Below, piece after piece: positions 20,143 to 33,745 of a DNA stretch of 64,000 bases. Position numbers and translations under genes: made by a program. Numbering within the stretch: the first letter of the stretch is position 1; each line of letters begins with the position of its first letter. The stretch comes from Paracoccaceae bacterium (lineage in GTDB: Bacteria; Pseudomonadota; Alphaproteobacteria; Rhodobacterales; Rhodobacteraceae). Under the pieces are notes generated by a model. It saw only the letters and a list, made by a program, of their open reading frames with translations, made no database searches and was not told the DNA's origin. Location of the stretch: contig CACPHA010000001.1 of NCBI GenBank assembly GCA_902633655.1, positions 1,263 through 65,262 on the forward strand, read 5' to 3'.

Positions 20143-21287
20143 CCATTGCTATTGATTTTAGTAACATAACTATCCAGATTGGCTTGCTTGTAACCTGCCT
20201 TTTTATTCTTTTTTTATGGCTGGCCTTTAGAGCGACAAATAGGTCTTTAAAACTAGTGGCCCCGCTCGCAGACCAAATCAATGCTCTTGGTCAACGAGTA
20301 CATGAGCTGGGAGCTGGACAAGAGCGGCTAACAGGTGGTCTGCATCATATAGGTGATTCACAAACCAAATCGCAAAATGGCATGATGCAACTAGTAGAAA
20401 AACGTCTCGCTGAAGTTCAGGAACAGATGACAGAAAACCTTCAGGGGTCTGCCCGTCGCACGGCGCATTCCCTTGGTGAGTTACAGCAACGGCTAACCTC
20501 GATTGACAAAGCCCAAGATAATATCACCAAGCTGTCTGGTGATGTTTTAAGCCTGCAAGACATCCTAGCAAATAAACAAACCCGAGGGGCGTTTGGTGAA
20601 ATACAGCTTAATGACATAGTAACTAAAGCTCTACCAAGCGATAGCTACACTCTACAGGCTACACTGTCGACTGGTAGGCGAGCGGATTGTCTGATACACC
20701 TCCCAAATCCGCCAGGACCCATTGCTATAGATAGTAAGTTTCCGCTTGAGGCCTATGAAGCAATCCGGAAAGCAAAAACTGAACGCGATTTGAGTGAATC
20801 GGCAAGACTGCTTCGTCAGTCAGTTAAAAAGCATATCAGAGATATTTCTGATAAATATATTATTGAAGGTGAAACTGCCGATGGCGCCTTGATGTTTCTA
20901 CCTTCTGAGGCAGTTTATGCCGAATTGCACGCAAATTTTTCTGAACTTGTACGCGAAGGATTTTCGGCGCGTGTCTGGATTGTGTCGCCAACGACCTGTA
21001 TGGCGACACTCAATACAATGCGCGCGATTTTAAAAGACGCCCGTATGCGCGAACAGGCAGGCGCAATTCGAAATGAGCTTAGTTTATTATATCAAGACGT
21101 TGATCGGCTTGGGAGCCGGGTAGAAAATCTTGACCGACATTTTGGACAGGCTTCAAAAGATATTTCGGAGATCAAAATCAGCGCGGATAAAGCAGGAAGG
21201 AGAGCACGGCGTTTAGATGCCTTTGACTTTGAAGAACTTGCCGAAGAGAAACCATCAGAAAATCCTGCCATTGGAGATAATCTTTGA
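20139..21287 (+). CDS. rmuC: DNA recombination protein RmuC
   Basis: N-terminal TM segment, coiled coil, RGAFGE, IDSKFP, MFLPSE. Confidence 0.93.
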   Translation: MTIAIDFSNITIQIGLLVTCLFILFLWLAFRATNRSLKLVAPLADQINALGQRVHELGAGQERLTGGLHHIGDSQTKSQNGMMQLVEKRLAEVQEQMTENLQGSARRTAHSLGELQQRLTSIDKAQDNITKLSGDVLSLQDILANKQTRGAFGEIQLNDIVTKALPSDSYTLQATLSTGRRADCLIHLPNPPGPIAIDSKFPLEAYEAIRKAKTERDLSESARLLRQSVKKHIRDISDKYIIEGETADGALMFLPSEAVYAELHANFSELVREGFSARVWIVSPTTCMATLNTMRAILKDARMREQAGAIRNELSLLYQDVDRLGSRVENLDRHFGQASKDISEIKISADKAGRRARRLDAFDFEELAEEKPSENPAIGDNL

Positions 21288-21507
21288 TATCAGAACTTAT
21301 TTTGTACTTTTGCGCATTAGAGGCTCGCAGTTTTAATACTATGTCCGTACGATGCGTACAAATTCATGAAATAGTTGTTGCATGTTCGCCAATTCTGCAT
21401 CGCACGAGTAACAGAAGCTTACAAAAACACAATGGGATGCTTCACCTCTGGAAAACCAAAGCTTATAGGATAAGAGTAAACAGATTACGTTGGCGGGATG
21501 ATGCTAC

Positions 21508-22317
21508 ATGGCTCATATAATTATTATTGGAAATGAAAAAGGCGGAGCCGGCAAGTCTACTGTAACAATGCACATTGCAACAGCGCTTTCCCGCATGGAC
21601 CATAATGTGGGGGCTGTTGACCTAGACTTACGACAACAGACATTTGGCCGATATTGCATTAACCGGAGGAACCACATAAACGAAATTGGCGTTGATCTAA
21701 AAAGTCCAAAATTTTATCTGCTTCCTGAAGTAGATAAGGCCACAGTTCCAGAAGGTGAAAATGTATTTGACCACCGTCTATCTGCAGTCATTTCAGAAAT
21801 GGAGCAGTCCTGTGACTTTATTCTCATTGATTGCCCTGGTTCGCATACGCGATTAAGCCAAGTTGCGCATTCACTGGCCGATACATTGATCACCCCTCTC
21901 AATGACAGTTTTGTTGATTTTGATCTTTTGGCCCGAATCGCGCCCGATGGCGAAAGCATAGAGGGGCCATCTGTTTACTCCGAAATGGTCTGGCACGCTC
22001 GTCAGTTGCGGGCACAAGCTAGTTTAAAACCTTTTGACTGGATCGTATTGCGTAATCGCCTGGGTGCTCAACAAATGGTAAATAAGCAAAAAATGGAACG
22101 GGCCCTTAAGAAGCTGTCCAAACGTATTGGTTTTCGCATTGCGCCAGGCTTTAGTGAAAGGGTTATTTTTAGAGAACTTTTCCCACGTGGACTAACGTTA
22201 TTAGATTTGAAAGACATTGGTGTGAAACAGCTTAATATTTCAAATATTGCTGCTCGACAGGAATTGCGGGATCTCATGAAAACATTGGAACTTCCAAATG
22301 TGACAATCGAGTTTTAG
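21508..22317 (+). CDS. mipZ: Division plane positioning ATPase MipZ
   Basis: GNEKGGAGKST, DLDLRQ, IDCPG, TPLNDSFVDFDLL, ERVIFRELFPRGLT. Confidence 0.93.
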   Translation: MAHIIIIGNEKGGAGKSTVTMHIATALSRMDHNVGAVDLDLRQQTFGRYCINRRNHINEIGVDLKSPKFYLLPEVDKATVPEGENVFDHRLSAVISEMEQSCDFILIDCPGSHTRLSQVAHSLADTLITPLNDSFVDFDLLARIAPDGESIEGPSVYSEMVWHARQLRAQASLKPFDWIVLRNRLGAQQMVNKQKMERALKKLSKRIGFRIAPGFSERVIFRELFPRGLTLLDLKDIGVKQLNISNIAARQELRDLMKTLELPNVTIEF

Positions 22318-22754
22318 GCAGTCTTTAAAGTAAGAACTTTGAGTAACCGCTTTAGTGTACTTGCATCCACCGCAGACAGATGTGCAACTAAAACAGCATC
22401 ATATTCTTTAGCAGCCTGTCTAAGATCGGTATAAACAGCTTTTCCCTTTACGGTTAATTCTAGCCATTCCTTACGCCTATCTAGATTGTCCTGAACACGG
22501 GTCAGATACCCTTTTTCCTGCATTTTTTGTACTGCACGACTAATCTTAGTCTTATGCATTTTAGCCATAAAGCCTATATCTTTTGCTGTCATACATTTAT
22601 AGACGCCGAGGTGAAAGAGAACACGCCATTCTGCTCTCAACATACCATAGCGATTTTTGTAAATACGTTGGAAGGCAAGGCTACTTTCCTCACCAGCCTG
22701 GTTAAGCAGATAGGGAATAAACTCCCTAATGTCGAATTCTGCATCAGTATCCAT
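22314..22754 (-). CDS. MarR family transcriptional regulator, divergent from hmgA
   Basis: EWRVL...HKTKISRAV...DRR winged-helix pattern. Confidence 0.88.
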   Translation of the reverse strand: MDTDAEFDIREFIPYLLNQAGEESSLAFQRIYKNRYGMLRAEWRVLFHLGVYKCMTAKDIGFMAKMHKTKISRAVQKMQEKGYLTRVQDNLDRRKEWLELTVKGKAVYTDLRQAAKEYDAVLVAHLSAVDASTLKRLLKVLTLKTA

Positions 22755-22776
22755 AAAAGACTATTAGGTCTTGTTA

Positions 22777-22806
22777 GTTACAAATGCAACTGTTATAAAT
22801 GCAACT
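22777..22806. promoter_or_regulatory. Tandem 15-bp imperfect palindromes, putative MarR operators
   Basis: GTTACAAATGCAACT (22777-22791) followed directly by GTTATAAATGCAACT (22792-22806) between the marR and hmgA starts. Confidence 0.6.
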
Positions 22807-22825
22807 AATACCAGGAGGTGTTATG

Positions 22826-24187
22826 ATGAATAAACAATCGGTTACACATAATTTCAAGCAAGCATCACGAGAGACCGGAACTACACCCGGGTATATGCCA
22901 GGATTTGGTAATGATTTTGAAACTGAGACCTTGCCTGGAGCTTTGCCGCAAGGAATGAATAGCCCACAAAAATGTAATTATGGTCTTTATGGTGAGCAGT
23001 TATCCGGCACCGCTTTTACCGCCCCGAGTCACCACAACGAGCGTACCTGGTGCTACCGCATCAGACCATCGGTCAAACATTCACACCGGTATAAAAAGAT
23101 TGATCTACCCTTTTGGCAGAGCGCGCCGAATATAATATCCAACGTAATATCCCTTGGCCAGTACAGATGGGACCCAGTTCCACATTCAAGCGAACCGTTA
23201 GACTGGCTGACAGGTATGCGCACCATGACCACAGCAGGGGACGTAAATACGCAGATAGGCATGGCGAGCCACATATACCTTGTAACCGACACAATGTTAG
23301 ATACATATTTTTACTCCGCTGACAGTGAATTTCTAATAGTACCCCAAGAAGGGAAGCTTCGCTTTTTTACAGAGCTCGGCATCATTGATCTTGAACCGCA
23401 GGAAATCGCTGTAATACCACGTGGACTTCTTTACAAAGTGGAAGTTATGAAAGGACCAGCGCGAGGTTTTGTTTGCGAGAACTACGGTCAAAAATTTAGC
23501 CTACCTTCTAGAGGACCTATCGGGGCAAATTGTCTTGCCAATAGACGTGACTTCAAAATACCTGTGGCCGCTTTTGAAGACAGAGAAGCACCATCGCGAG
23601 TAATAATCAAATGGTGTGGACAATTCCATGAAACAAAAATCGGACATTCTCCACTGGATGTCGTGGCGTGGCATGGTAACTACGCACCCTGCAAGTACAA
23701 TCTAAACGATTATTGTCCTGTTGGTGCGACACTCTTTGATCACCCAGATCCTTCTATTTATACTGTCTTGACCGCGCCTTCAGGGCTTGAAGGTACGGCC
23801 AATATTGACTTTGTACTATTCCGCGACCGATGGAATGTAGCTGAAAACACTTTTCGGCCTCCGTGGTACCACAAAAATATTATGTCGGAATTGATGGGTA
23901 ACATTTATGGTCAGTATGACGCAAAGCCGACTGGTTTTATTCCCGGTGGTATGAGCCTTCACAATATGATGTTACCACACGGACCCGATAAAGAAGCTTT
24001 TGAAAAAGCATCAAATGAAGACTTAGAGCCACAAAAACTAAATAAAACGATGTCTTTTATGTTTGAAACCAGGTTTCCGCAGCATCTAACAGAGTTTGCT
24101 GCTAAAGATGCGCCCCTTCAAGATGAGTACGTTGACTGCTGGTCGGATATTGAAAAAAAATTCGATGGGAGCCCTGGGAAGAAATAA
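22826..24187 (+). CDS. hmgA: Homogentisate 1,2-dioxygenase
   Basis: [57 protein letters not shown] at 22813-22818. Confidence 0.96.
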   Translation: MNKQSVTHNFKQASRETGTTPGYMPGFGNDFETETLPGALPQGMNSPQKCNYGLYGEQLSGTAFTAPSHHNERTWCYRIRPSVKHSHRYKKIDLPFWQSAPNIISNVISLGQYRWDPVPHSSEPLDWLTGMRTMTTAGDVNTQIGMASHIYLVTDTMLDTYFYSADSEFLIVPQEGKLRFFTELGIIDLEPQEIAVIPRGLLYKVEVMKGPARGFVCENYGQKFSLPSRGPIGANCLANRRDFKIPVAAFEDREAPSRVIIKWCGQFHETKIGHSPLDVVAWHGNYAPCKYNLNDYCPVGATLFDHPDPSIYTVLTAPSGLEGTANIDFVLFRDRWNVAENTFRPPWYHKNIMSELMGNIYGQYDAKPTGFIPGGMSLHNMMLPHGPDKEAFEKASNEDLEPQKLNKTMSFMFETRFPQHLTEFAAKDAPLQDEYVDCWSDIEKKFDGSPGKK

Positions 24188-24251
24188 TCTTTTTTGATAA
24201 TCTTACCGCCGGGGATCTCCGAAAACAGTCCGGTAAAATGAAAGGCCTCTT

Positions 24252-25508
24252 ATGACATTGCTTAAAAGCTGGGTATGCTCAGCCAATTCCTCTGATACAG
24301 ACTTTCCACTCAACAATCTGCCCTATGGTGTTTTTTCCACACAAGAAACTGAGCCACGTTGTGGCGTAGCAATTGGAAACATGATTTTTGATTGCCAGGC
24401 AGCGGAGGAAGCTGGTTTCATAAACTTTGATGAAGGCCCTATTTTTGATGTCCCCTATTGGAATGAAGTTATGGAACTCGGGCCCGATGCCTGGGCAAAG
24501 CTACGAACTAGGCTGGTGAGCCTACTCACTGAAGGGGTCGTTGAGCAAGATACATTGTCTAAAATGCTGACACCAATGTCTAGTGCAGAACTTCACCTAC
24601 CCCTCATTGTTGCCGAATACACAGATTTTTACGCCGGGAGAAATCATGCCACTAATGTTGGAACAATGTTTCGCGGAGCCGAAAATGCACTTCCGCCTAA
24701 TTGGTTACATATCCCAATCGGCTATAATGGGCGTGCCTCGTCTGTTGTAGTTTCAGGCACAGATATTAGGCGACCCTGGGGTCAATTAAAATCTGTGCAT
24801 GACAAAAAGCCCCATTTCGCGCCCTGCCAGCGCTTTGACTTTGAGCTTGAAATAGGTGCCATTGTTGGAACTTCTAGCGATGGACCTGTGAGCGTATGTG
24901 AGGCAGATGATATGATTTTTGGCTATGTAATCCTAAACGATTGGTCTGCGCGTGACATTCAGGCTTGGGAATACCAACCACTCGGTCCATTTCAGGCTAA
25001 AGCAACTGCCACCACAATCAGCCCATGGATCGTAACCAAAGCAGCACTTGAACCATTTCGATGCGATGCCCCAGAACGGGAATTTGAGCTTCTGCCTCAC
25101 CTAAAAGATAAAGGCCCGATGTTGTATAGTATTGATCTGGTTGTATCCCTAACCGCTAACGGACAACCGCCACAGAGTATAGTGAAAACAAATTACCGCG
25201 AAATGTATTATTCAAGCGCACAGCAACTAGCCCATCATAGTAGCGCTGGTTGTCCCATGAATTCCGGTGATTTGCTGGGTTCAGGTACAATTTCTGGAAA
25301 TTCACGCGGGGAATGTGGCAGTATGCTAGAACTGAGCTGGGGCGGGAAAGAGCCACTGGAAATAGATACCGGAGTAACTCGTAGTTTCCTAGAAGATGGA
25401 GATGGAATTGAAATGACAGGCTTCTCCCAAGGGAATGGTTATAAAATCGGTTTTGGGTCGTGCTTTGGCACTGTAATCAAAGCACTCAGAGATCCGTACG
25501 CAAGATGA
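24252..25508 (+). CDS. fahA: Fumarylacetoacetase
   Basis: DFPLNNLPYG, YTDFY, YNGRASS, DFELE, NDWSARDIQ, GSGTISG. Confidence 0.95.
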   Translation: MTLLKSWVCSANSSDTDFPLNNLPYGVFSTQETEPRCGVAIGNMIFDCQAAEEAGFINFDEGPIFDVPYWNEVMELGPDAWAKLRTRLVSLLTEGVVEQDTLSKMLTPMSSAELHLPLIVAEYTDFYAGRNHATNVGTMFRGAENALPPNWLHIPIGYNGRASSVVVSGTDIRRPWGQLKSVHDKKPHFAPCQRFDFELEIGAIVGTSSDGPVSVCEADDMIFGYVILNDWSARDIQAWEYQPLGPFQAKATATTISPWIVTKAALEPFRCDAPEREFELLPHLKDKGPMLYSIDLVVSLTANGQPPQSIVKTNYREMYYSSAQQLAHHSSAGCPMNSGDLLGSGTISGNSRGECGSMLELSWGGKEPLEIDTGVTRSFLEDGDGIEMTGFSQGNGYKIGFGSCFGTVIKALRDPYAR

Positions 25509-25727
25509 AAGTCTGCCATCTTCAAGTTCTACCCCATGAAGACAAAGAACTATTTTGTTGCAGTTTGTGGTTGCTTACCTTGGATTTACGTAAAAGGATA
25601 CCTGCAAACTTGTATTTAACTTGAAAAATCGGGGTTTTAAATAAGTTGGAAGAAATCAATCTTGTAAAGGATAGATTTTTACAGAAAGTTCTGATGGAAA
25701 TATGATCAATTTTTGGGGAGATATCTA

Positions 25728-26678
25728 ATGGCGAAAGCATTTGCATCGCAAGGCGATATGACGGAAAAGAAAATAAGTTTTAGCGAGATTGGAACTGGAC
25801 TTTACGCCTTTACTGCCGAGGGCGATCCAAATAGCGGAATAATCATAGGAGACGATAGTGTTATGATTATCGAAGCGCAGGCAACTCCGCGTCTTGCGAA
25901 AAAGGTAATCGATTGCGTCCGTTCAATAACCGATAAGCCTATAAGTCACTTAGTGTTGACCCACTATCATGCTGTACGTGTTCTTGGAGCCTCTGCCTTT
26001 AAAGCAAATCAGGTAATTATGTCAGATATGGCTCGTGCAATGGTTGTAGAACGCGGTCAACAGGATTGGGATAGCGAGTTTCAACGCTTTCCAAGACTTT
26101 TTGAAGGATATGAAAGCATACCCGGACTGACTTGGCCCTCAACTACATTTAAGAACAAAATGACTATCTATCTTGGCAATCGCCGGGTCGACCTTATGCA
26201 TTTGGGACGCGCTCATACAGCAGGCGACATTGTAATCAATGTGCCGGATGAAAACGTTATGTTTACGGGTGATATCGTAGAATATCGCTCCGCCTGTTAC
26301 TGTGGTGATGGACATTTTGCCGATTGGGGAGAAACCTTAGATGCCATCCGGAGTTTTAAGCCCGATGCCATTGCGCCTGGTCGGGGAGAAGCACTTATTG
26401 GCGAAGCGCTTGTAGAAGAGGCCATTGAACTTACTTATGACTTCATAGAAAGCACTTATCATCCTGCTGCCAAGGTCGCCGCTCGAAATGGAACATTGAA
26501 AGAGGCCTGGGATGCTGTTCGCACTGAATGTGATTGCAAATTTAAAGACTATGCAATTTACGAACACTGCCTACCTTTTAATGTATCGCGAGCCTATGAC
26601 GAGGCTCGCGGCATCGATTCCCCGCGAATTTGGACAGCAGAACGAGATCTTGAAATGTGGGAGGCGCTGCAGGCGTGA
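25728..26678 (+). CDS. Metallo-beta-lactamase-fold hydrolase
   Basis: THYHAVR (variant HxHxDH), AHTAGD, FTGD, PGRG. Confidence 0.8.
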   Translation: MAKAFASQGDMTEKKISFSEIGTGLYAFTAEGDPNSGIIIGDDSVMIIEAQATPRLAKKVIDCVRSITDKPISHLVLTHYHAVRVLGASAFKANQVIMSDMARAMVVERGQQDWDSEFQRFPRLFEGYESIPGLTWPSTTFKNKMTIYLGNRRVDLMHLGRAHTAGDIVINVPDENVMFTGDIVEYRSACYCGDGHFADWGETLDAIRSFKPDAIAPGRGEALIGEALVEEAIELTYDFIESTYHPAAKVAARNGTLKEAWDAVRTECDCKFKDYAIYEHCLPFNVSRAYDEARGIDSPRIWTAERDLEMWEALQA

Positions 26679-28285
26679 ACAAGATTTTTGAGAGATCACT
26701 TTATCCCTATATCAGACATCCAGATCAGGATAAATCAGAGGCAACCCACCATACAATCGCCATTATTGGCGCCGGGCCAGTTGGCCTCGCAGCGGCTATT
26801 GATCTTACCCTGAGGGGCATACCCGTTGTTATTATTGATGACAATGATAAAGTCAGTTTTGGAAGTCGCGCCATCTGCTTTGCTAAGCGTACATTGGAAA
26901 TATGTGATCGTCTTGGAATAGGGGACCAACTTGTCGATAAAGGCATACAATGGAACCTAGGTAAGGTCTTTTTTAATCAGCGCAAAGTTTACGAATTCAA
27001 TTTGCTGGCTGAAGAGGGACATCAGCGCCCAGCCTTTATAAATCTCCAACAGTATTATGTAGAAGTCTACCTCTTCGAGCGACTTACTACTTTAAAAAAT
27101 AAAGGTGGTCCAGTTGACATCCGTGGAAAAACACGGGTTAACAAGATTCATCAAAATGGTAAAAAAGTACATCTAAGCCTCCAAACACCGGAAGGATCTT
27201 ATCAGATTTCAGCGGACTGGGTTATTGCCTGTGACGGTGCTAACAGCCCATCTCGCCAGATGTTGGGACAAGACTTCATAGGTCGAGTTTTTGAAGATAA
27301 TTTCCTGATTGCTGATGTCACAATGGAAGCTGACTTCCCAACAGAGCGTTGGTTTTGGTTCGATCCGCCATTCAACAAAGGCCAGTCTGCGCTCTTGCAT
27401 AAACAACCCGAAAACGTTTGGCGAGTTGATCTTCAACTGGGTCGGGATGTTGATAGGGAGGAAGAGAGGAAGCCGGAAAACGTTATTCCACGGCTTAAGG
27501 CTATGCTGGGAGAAGATATAATCTTCGAACTTGAATGGGTAAGTATCTACACCTTCCAATGCCGCCGGATGGAGCGATTTTTACACAACCGGGTTATATT
27601 TGCCGGTGACAGCGCCCATCAAGTATCACCTTTCGGCGCGCGCGGAGCCAATTCGGGAATCCAAGATGTGGACAACCTGTGTTGGAAACTGGCAGAAATT
27701 GTCAATGGTAATGCCCCAGAATTTTTTTTGGAAAGCTATAATACCGAGCGGGTGTACGCAGCAGATGAAAACATTATCAATTCAACGCGCTCAACAGATT
27801 TCATAACACCTAAATCGGATGTCAGTCGCCTGTTCCGAGATGCAGTCCTGGAGCTTTCAGCAGACCATGCATTCGCGCGACCACTCGTAAATTCAGGCCG
27901 CCTGTCCGTTCCATCATTTTACCCGGCAAGCACATATTTTTCTTATGATGTAGAAGTCCTACCTTCAATCTCCCGGCCTGGTGCAGCATGTCCAGATGCA
28001 ATTTTCGATAATGGATCATTTTTACTAAAGAACCTTGGGTTTGATTTCACGATATTGGCGATCAATGTGGAAGAATTTTTTAAAACACTTGAAACCGGCC
28101 CTTCGATAAAATTTCTAAGTATTAAAGTGACAGGTAATCAAAATAAATCGGTCAAAGATCGGTTTCTTGGAGATCAATCCAGCGCCATTTACTTGATCAG
28201 GCCCGATCAACATATCGCAGGCCGATGGTTAAAATTTGATCGCCAAGTAATCACAAAAGCTATTGATGCAGCCTTAGGCCGATAG
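26675..28285 (+). CDS. FAD-dependent aromatic hydroxylase, MhaA-like (hydroxyphenylacetate to homogentisate)
   Basis: GAGPVG, ACDG, AGDSAH...PFGARGANSG, C-terminal LIRPDQH; followed by a ~61 aa partner inside the hmg cluster. Confidence 0.72.
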   Translation: MNKIFERSLYPYIRHPDQDKSEATHHTIAIIGAGPVGLAAAIDLTLRGIPVVIIDDNDKVSFGSRAICFAKRTLEICDRLGIGDQLVDKGIQWNLGKVFFNQRKVYEFNLLAEEGHQRPAFINLQQYYVEVYLFERLTTLKNKGGPVDIRGKTRVNKIHQNGKKVHLSLQTPEGSYQISADWVIACDGANSPSRQMLGQDFIGRVFEDNFLIADVTMEADFPTERWFWFDPPFNKGQSALLHKQPENVWRVDLQLGRDVDREEERKPENVIPRLKAMLGEDIIFELEWVSIYTFQCRRMERFLHNRVIFAGDSAHQVSPFGARGANSGIQDVDNLCWKLAEIVNGNAPEFFLESYNTERVYAADENIINSTRSTDFITPKSDVSRLFRDAVLELSADHAFARPLVNSGRLSVPSFYPASTYFSYDVEVLPSISRPGAACPDAIFDNGSFLLKNLGFDFTILAINVEEFFKTLETGPSIKFLSIKVTGNQNKSVKDRFLGDQSSAIYLIRPDQHIAGRWLKFDRQVITKAIDAALGR

Positions 28286-28287
28286 GT

Positions 28288-28473
28288 ATGAGCGATCTCA
28301 ATCTAACCCCAAACTTCACCAATGCAGACGACTTTTACGAATATTTACTAAATGCACACGAAGGTCTATCAAAATCTGACAGTGACGCGCTGAACGCACG
28401 TCTGATCATTTTACTCGCCAACCATATTGGGGATCTGGACGCATTGAAGCAAGCCGTTGATCTCGCAAAGTAG
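28288..28473 (+). CDS. DUF2783 small protein (MhaB-like coupling subunit)
   Basis: DDFYEYLLNAHEGLS...LNARLIILLANHIGD. Confidence 0.8.
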   Translation: MSDLNLTPNFTNADDFYEYLLNAHEGLSKSDSDALNARLIILLANHIGDLDALKQAVDLAK

Positions 28474-28484
28474 AGGGGTTCAAA

Positions 28485-29120
28485 ATGAAAGACATCACAC
28501 TTTATGACTATTGGCGGTCCTCAGCCAGCTACCGGGTGCGAATTGCGCTTAACCTAGCAAAAATTGAGTACAAAACGGTTCCTGTAGACTTACTCAAAGG
28601 TGAACAAAGATCCGAAGTACATCTTACCCGACAACCGCAAGGGTTTGTACCAGTTCTTGAAGTCGATGGTCAGCGCTTCACACAATCGCTTGCAATAATT
28701 GAATATATAAATGAAACGTATAATCTTGGCCTCTTACCAGAGAAAATTGCTGACAGGACAAAAGTAAGGGCGCTCGCGCAAACACTCGCCATCGATGTCC
28801 ACCCCGTATGTAATCTGGCGGTAACAAATTTTGCAGTCGAGCTTTCAGGATCACAAGAAACGCGACCAATCTGGATCAAAAGTTTCATTGAACCAGGGTT
28901 GAAGGCTTTTGAAACATTACTAGGTGCATTTGAACAATCACCGTATTGCACGGGTTCTGATATTTCAGTTGCTGATGTCTGCTTGATGCCACAGATATAT
29001 AATGCCAATCGCTGGGGAACTTCAATTGATAAATATCCCAGAATAGTTTCTGTCGTGAAAGCTTGTAATGCGGATTCTGCTTTTGTCGCAGCACATCCAG
29101 ACAATGTTAAAGCCAATTAG
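28485..29120 (+). CDS. maiA: Maleylacetoacetate isomerase (GST zeta)
   Basis: YWRSSASYRVRIAL, QSLAIIEY, DVHPVCNL. Confidence 0.93.
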   Translation: MKDITLYDYWRSSASYRVRIALNLAKIEYKTVPVDLLKGEQRSEVHLTRQPQGFVPVLEVDGQRFTQSLAIIEYINETYNLGLLPEKIADRTKVRALAQTLAIDVHPVCNLAVTNFAVELSGSQETRPIWIKSFIEPGLKAFETLLGAFEQSPYCTGSDISVADVCLMPQIYNANRWGTSIDKYPRIVSVVKACNADSAFVAAHPDNVKAN

Positions 29121-29132
29121 AAAGATTAAAAA

Positions 29133-29900
29133 ATGAAAGCTCCACAAAATCATTTAAAACACGCCCTTAAAGCTGGTCGTAAACAGTTTGGGTGCTGGCT
29201 GAACTTGGCCGATAGTATAGGCGCGGAAATTGTGGGCCGAGCTGGATTTGACTGGGTTCTGGTCGATGCAGAACATGGGCCCAACGGAATTCGCGATGTA
29301 ACGACTCAGTTACAAGCGTTGGAAGGTCTTAATACATCTAGCATTGTACGCGTGCCAATTGGAGAGACCTGGATCATCAAACAAGTGCTTGATGCAGGCG
29401 CTCAGTCGCTTTTGATTCCGATAGTTGAAAGCGCACAAGAAGCGCAAAAGCACGTTGATGCCGTTCGCTACCCGCCCAATGGCAATCGTGGTGTTGGCGC
29501 TTTCGTTGCTCGTGCTGCCCAATTTGGGACTCTAACAGATTACCTTACGAGCGCGGATGAGCAAATTTGCCTGATAGTTCAACTTGAAACAAAGGCCGGC
29601 CTTGAGGCTTTGGATTATATGCTTGCTATAGATGGCATCGATGGCGTTTTTGTTGGGCCATCTGATCTTGCAGCTGACATGGGCTTTCTTGGCAACCCAA
29701 AGTCTCCACAGGTGCAAAAGGCTATCGCCAATGCCCTAACGCGCATTTCTGCCTCCGGTAAAGCCGCCGGTATTTTGTCTTTGGACGATTCTGACACTAA
29801 AAAATATCTCGAACATGGTGCGCGCATGGTCGGTGTTGCTTCAGATGTACTAACCCTTAATCATACCTTAAGGGAAAAAGCCCAAAAATGGCGTAGTTAA
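29133..29900 (+). CDS. HpcH/HpaI aldolase family protein
   Basis: GFDWVLVDAEHGP, RYPPNGNRG, QLET, FVGPSDL. Confidence 0.88.
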   Translation: MKAPQNHLKHALKAGRKQFGCWLNLADSIGAEIVGRAGFDWVLVDAEHGPNGIRDVTTQLQALEGLNTSSIVRVPIGETWIIKQVLDAGAQSLLIPIVESAQEAQKHVDAVRYPPNGNRGVGAFVARAAQFGTLTDYLTSADEQICLIVQLETKAGLEALDYMLAIDGIDGVFVGPSDLAADMGFLGNPKSPQVQKAIANALTRISASGKAAGILSLDDSDTKKYLEHGARMVGVASDVLTLNHTLREKAQKWRS

Positions 29901-29957
29901 ACACAATGCTGTGGCTTGCAACCCTTCACCAAAGAAACGAATACTGCAATAGACTAA

Positions 29958-32761
<2,804 letters not shown>

Positions 32762-32802
32762 TTTGATAAGTCCCCGTATCTTAATACTAAAATGGCTTGT
32801 CT

Positions 32803-33633
32803 TCACCCAGGCCGCAAATCAAGCATTCTGCGTGCTTCCTCCCAAGTAGCTACTGGCCGTTCATATTTTTCACAAAGTGTCACAAGCCTATCTACAAGTG
32901 CCGCATTTGATGGTGCTAGTGTCCATTTATCTAGCTTGACATTGTCCTCTAGTCCGGTGCGGGCGTGCCCGCCTAGTGCAACACACCATTCATTTAAAAC
33001 AATCTGACTAGCGCCGATTCCGGCCGCGCACCAATCTGCATCGGGCAATAGACGTTCAACTGTTTTGATGTAATAGTCAAACACATCTTTATCCACTGGC
33101 ATAGCATTTTTGACACCCATAACGAATTGCACATAAAGCCGTCCTTTTAGCCTACCGTCTCGATGCATAAGCGCCGCGTTGTGGATGTGTGAGAGGTCAA
33201 ATGCTTCAATTTCAGGCTTAATATCATACTTCGTCATTTCATTAGCCAACCAGGCAATTAAATTAGGTGAGTTTTCGTAAACTCGCGCTGGGAAGTTATT
33301 GGATCCGACCGTTAGAGAAGCCATATCAGGTTTCAATGGTAACATACCACCCCGTTCTTCCCCAGCACCCGAACGTCCACCAGTTGACAGTTGGATGATC
33401 ATACCAGGGCAGTGGCACTTTAAACCTTCCATCAAGAGTGCAAATCGGTCTGGATCAGAGGTCGGAGTGCCATCGTCCAGCCGTACATGACAATGCACGA
33501 TAGAGGCTCCTGCCTCAAAAGCTTCTTGAGCACTTTCTACCTGCTCAGCAATCGATATTGGCACTGATGGATTATCGGCTTTTTGCGGTACTGACCCAGT
33601 AATAGCGACACAGATGATACAGGGTTTTGTCAT
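32803..33633 (-). CDS. Beta-keto acid cleavage enzyme family (DUF849/Kce)
   Basis: AITG, HCHVR, STGG, PEIEAFD, RTGLEDN. Confidence 0.88.
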   Translation of the reverse strand: MTKPCIICVAITGSVPQKADNPSVPISIAEQVESAQEAFEAGASIVHCHVRLDDGTPTSDPDRFALLMEGLKCHCPGMIIQLSTGGRSGAGEERGGMLPLKPDMASLTVGSNNFPARVYENSPNLIAWLANEMTKYDIKPEIEAFDLSHIHNAALMHRDGRLKGRLYVQFVMGVKNAMPVDKDVFDYYIKTVERLLPDADWCAAGIGASQIVLNEWCVALGGHARTGLEDNVKLDKWTLAPSNAALVDRLVTLCEKYERPVATWEEARRMLDLRPG

Positions 33634-33745
33634 TCGAATTTGACCTTAAAATATTCCTAATGGTCTTGTGCAAAAAGCTTTGCAGTTTCCAGACTGAGTT
33701 CTGTCGTTTTTACCCAAACAATAATTCCACTGGTAGTCAACAAGT

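Noticed and set aside
21284..21520. 78-aa ORF between rmuC and mipZ
   Set aside because: TTG start, no RBS or recognisable motif, overlaps both neighbours; more likely the mipZ promoter region.
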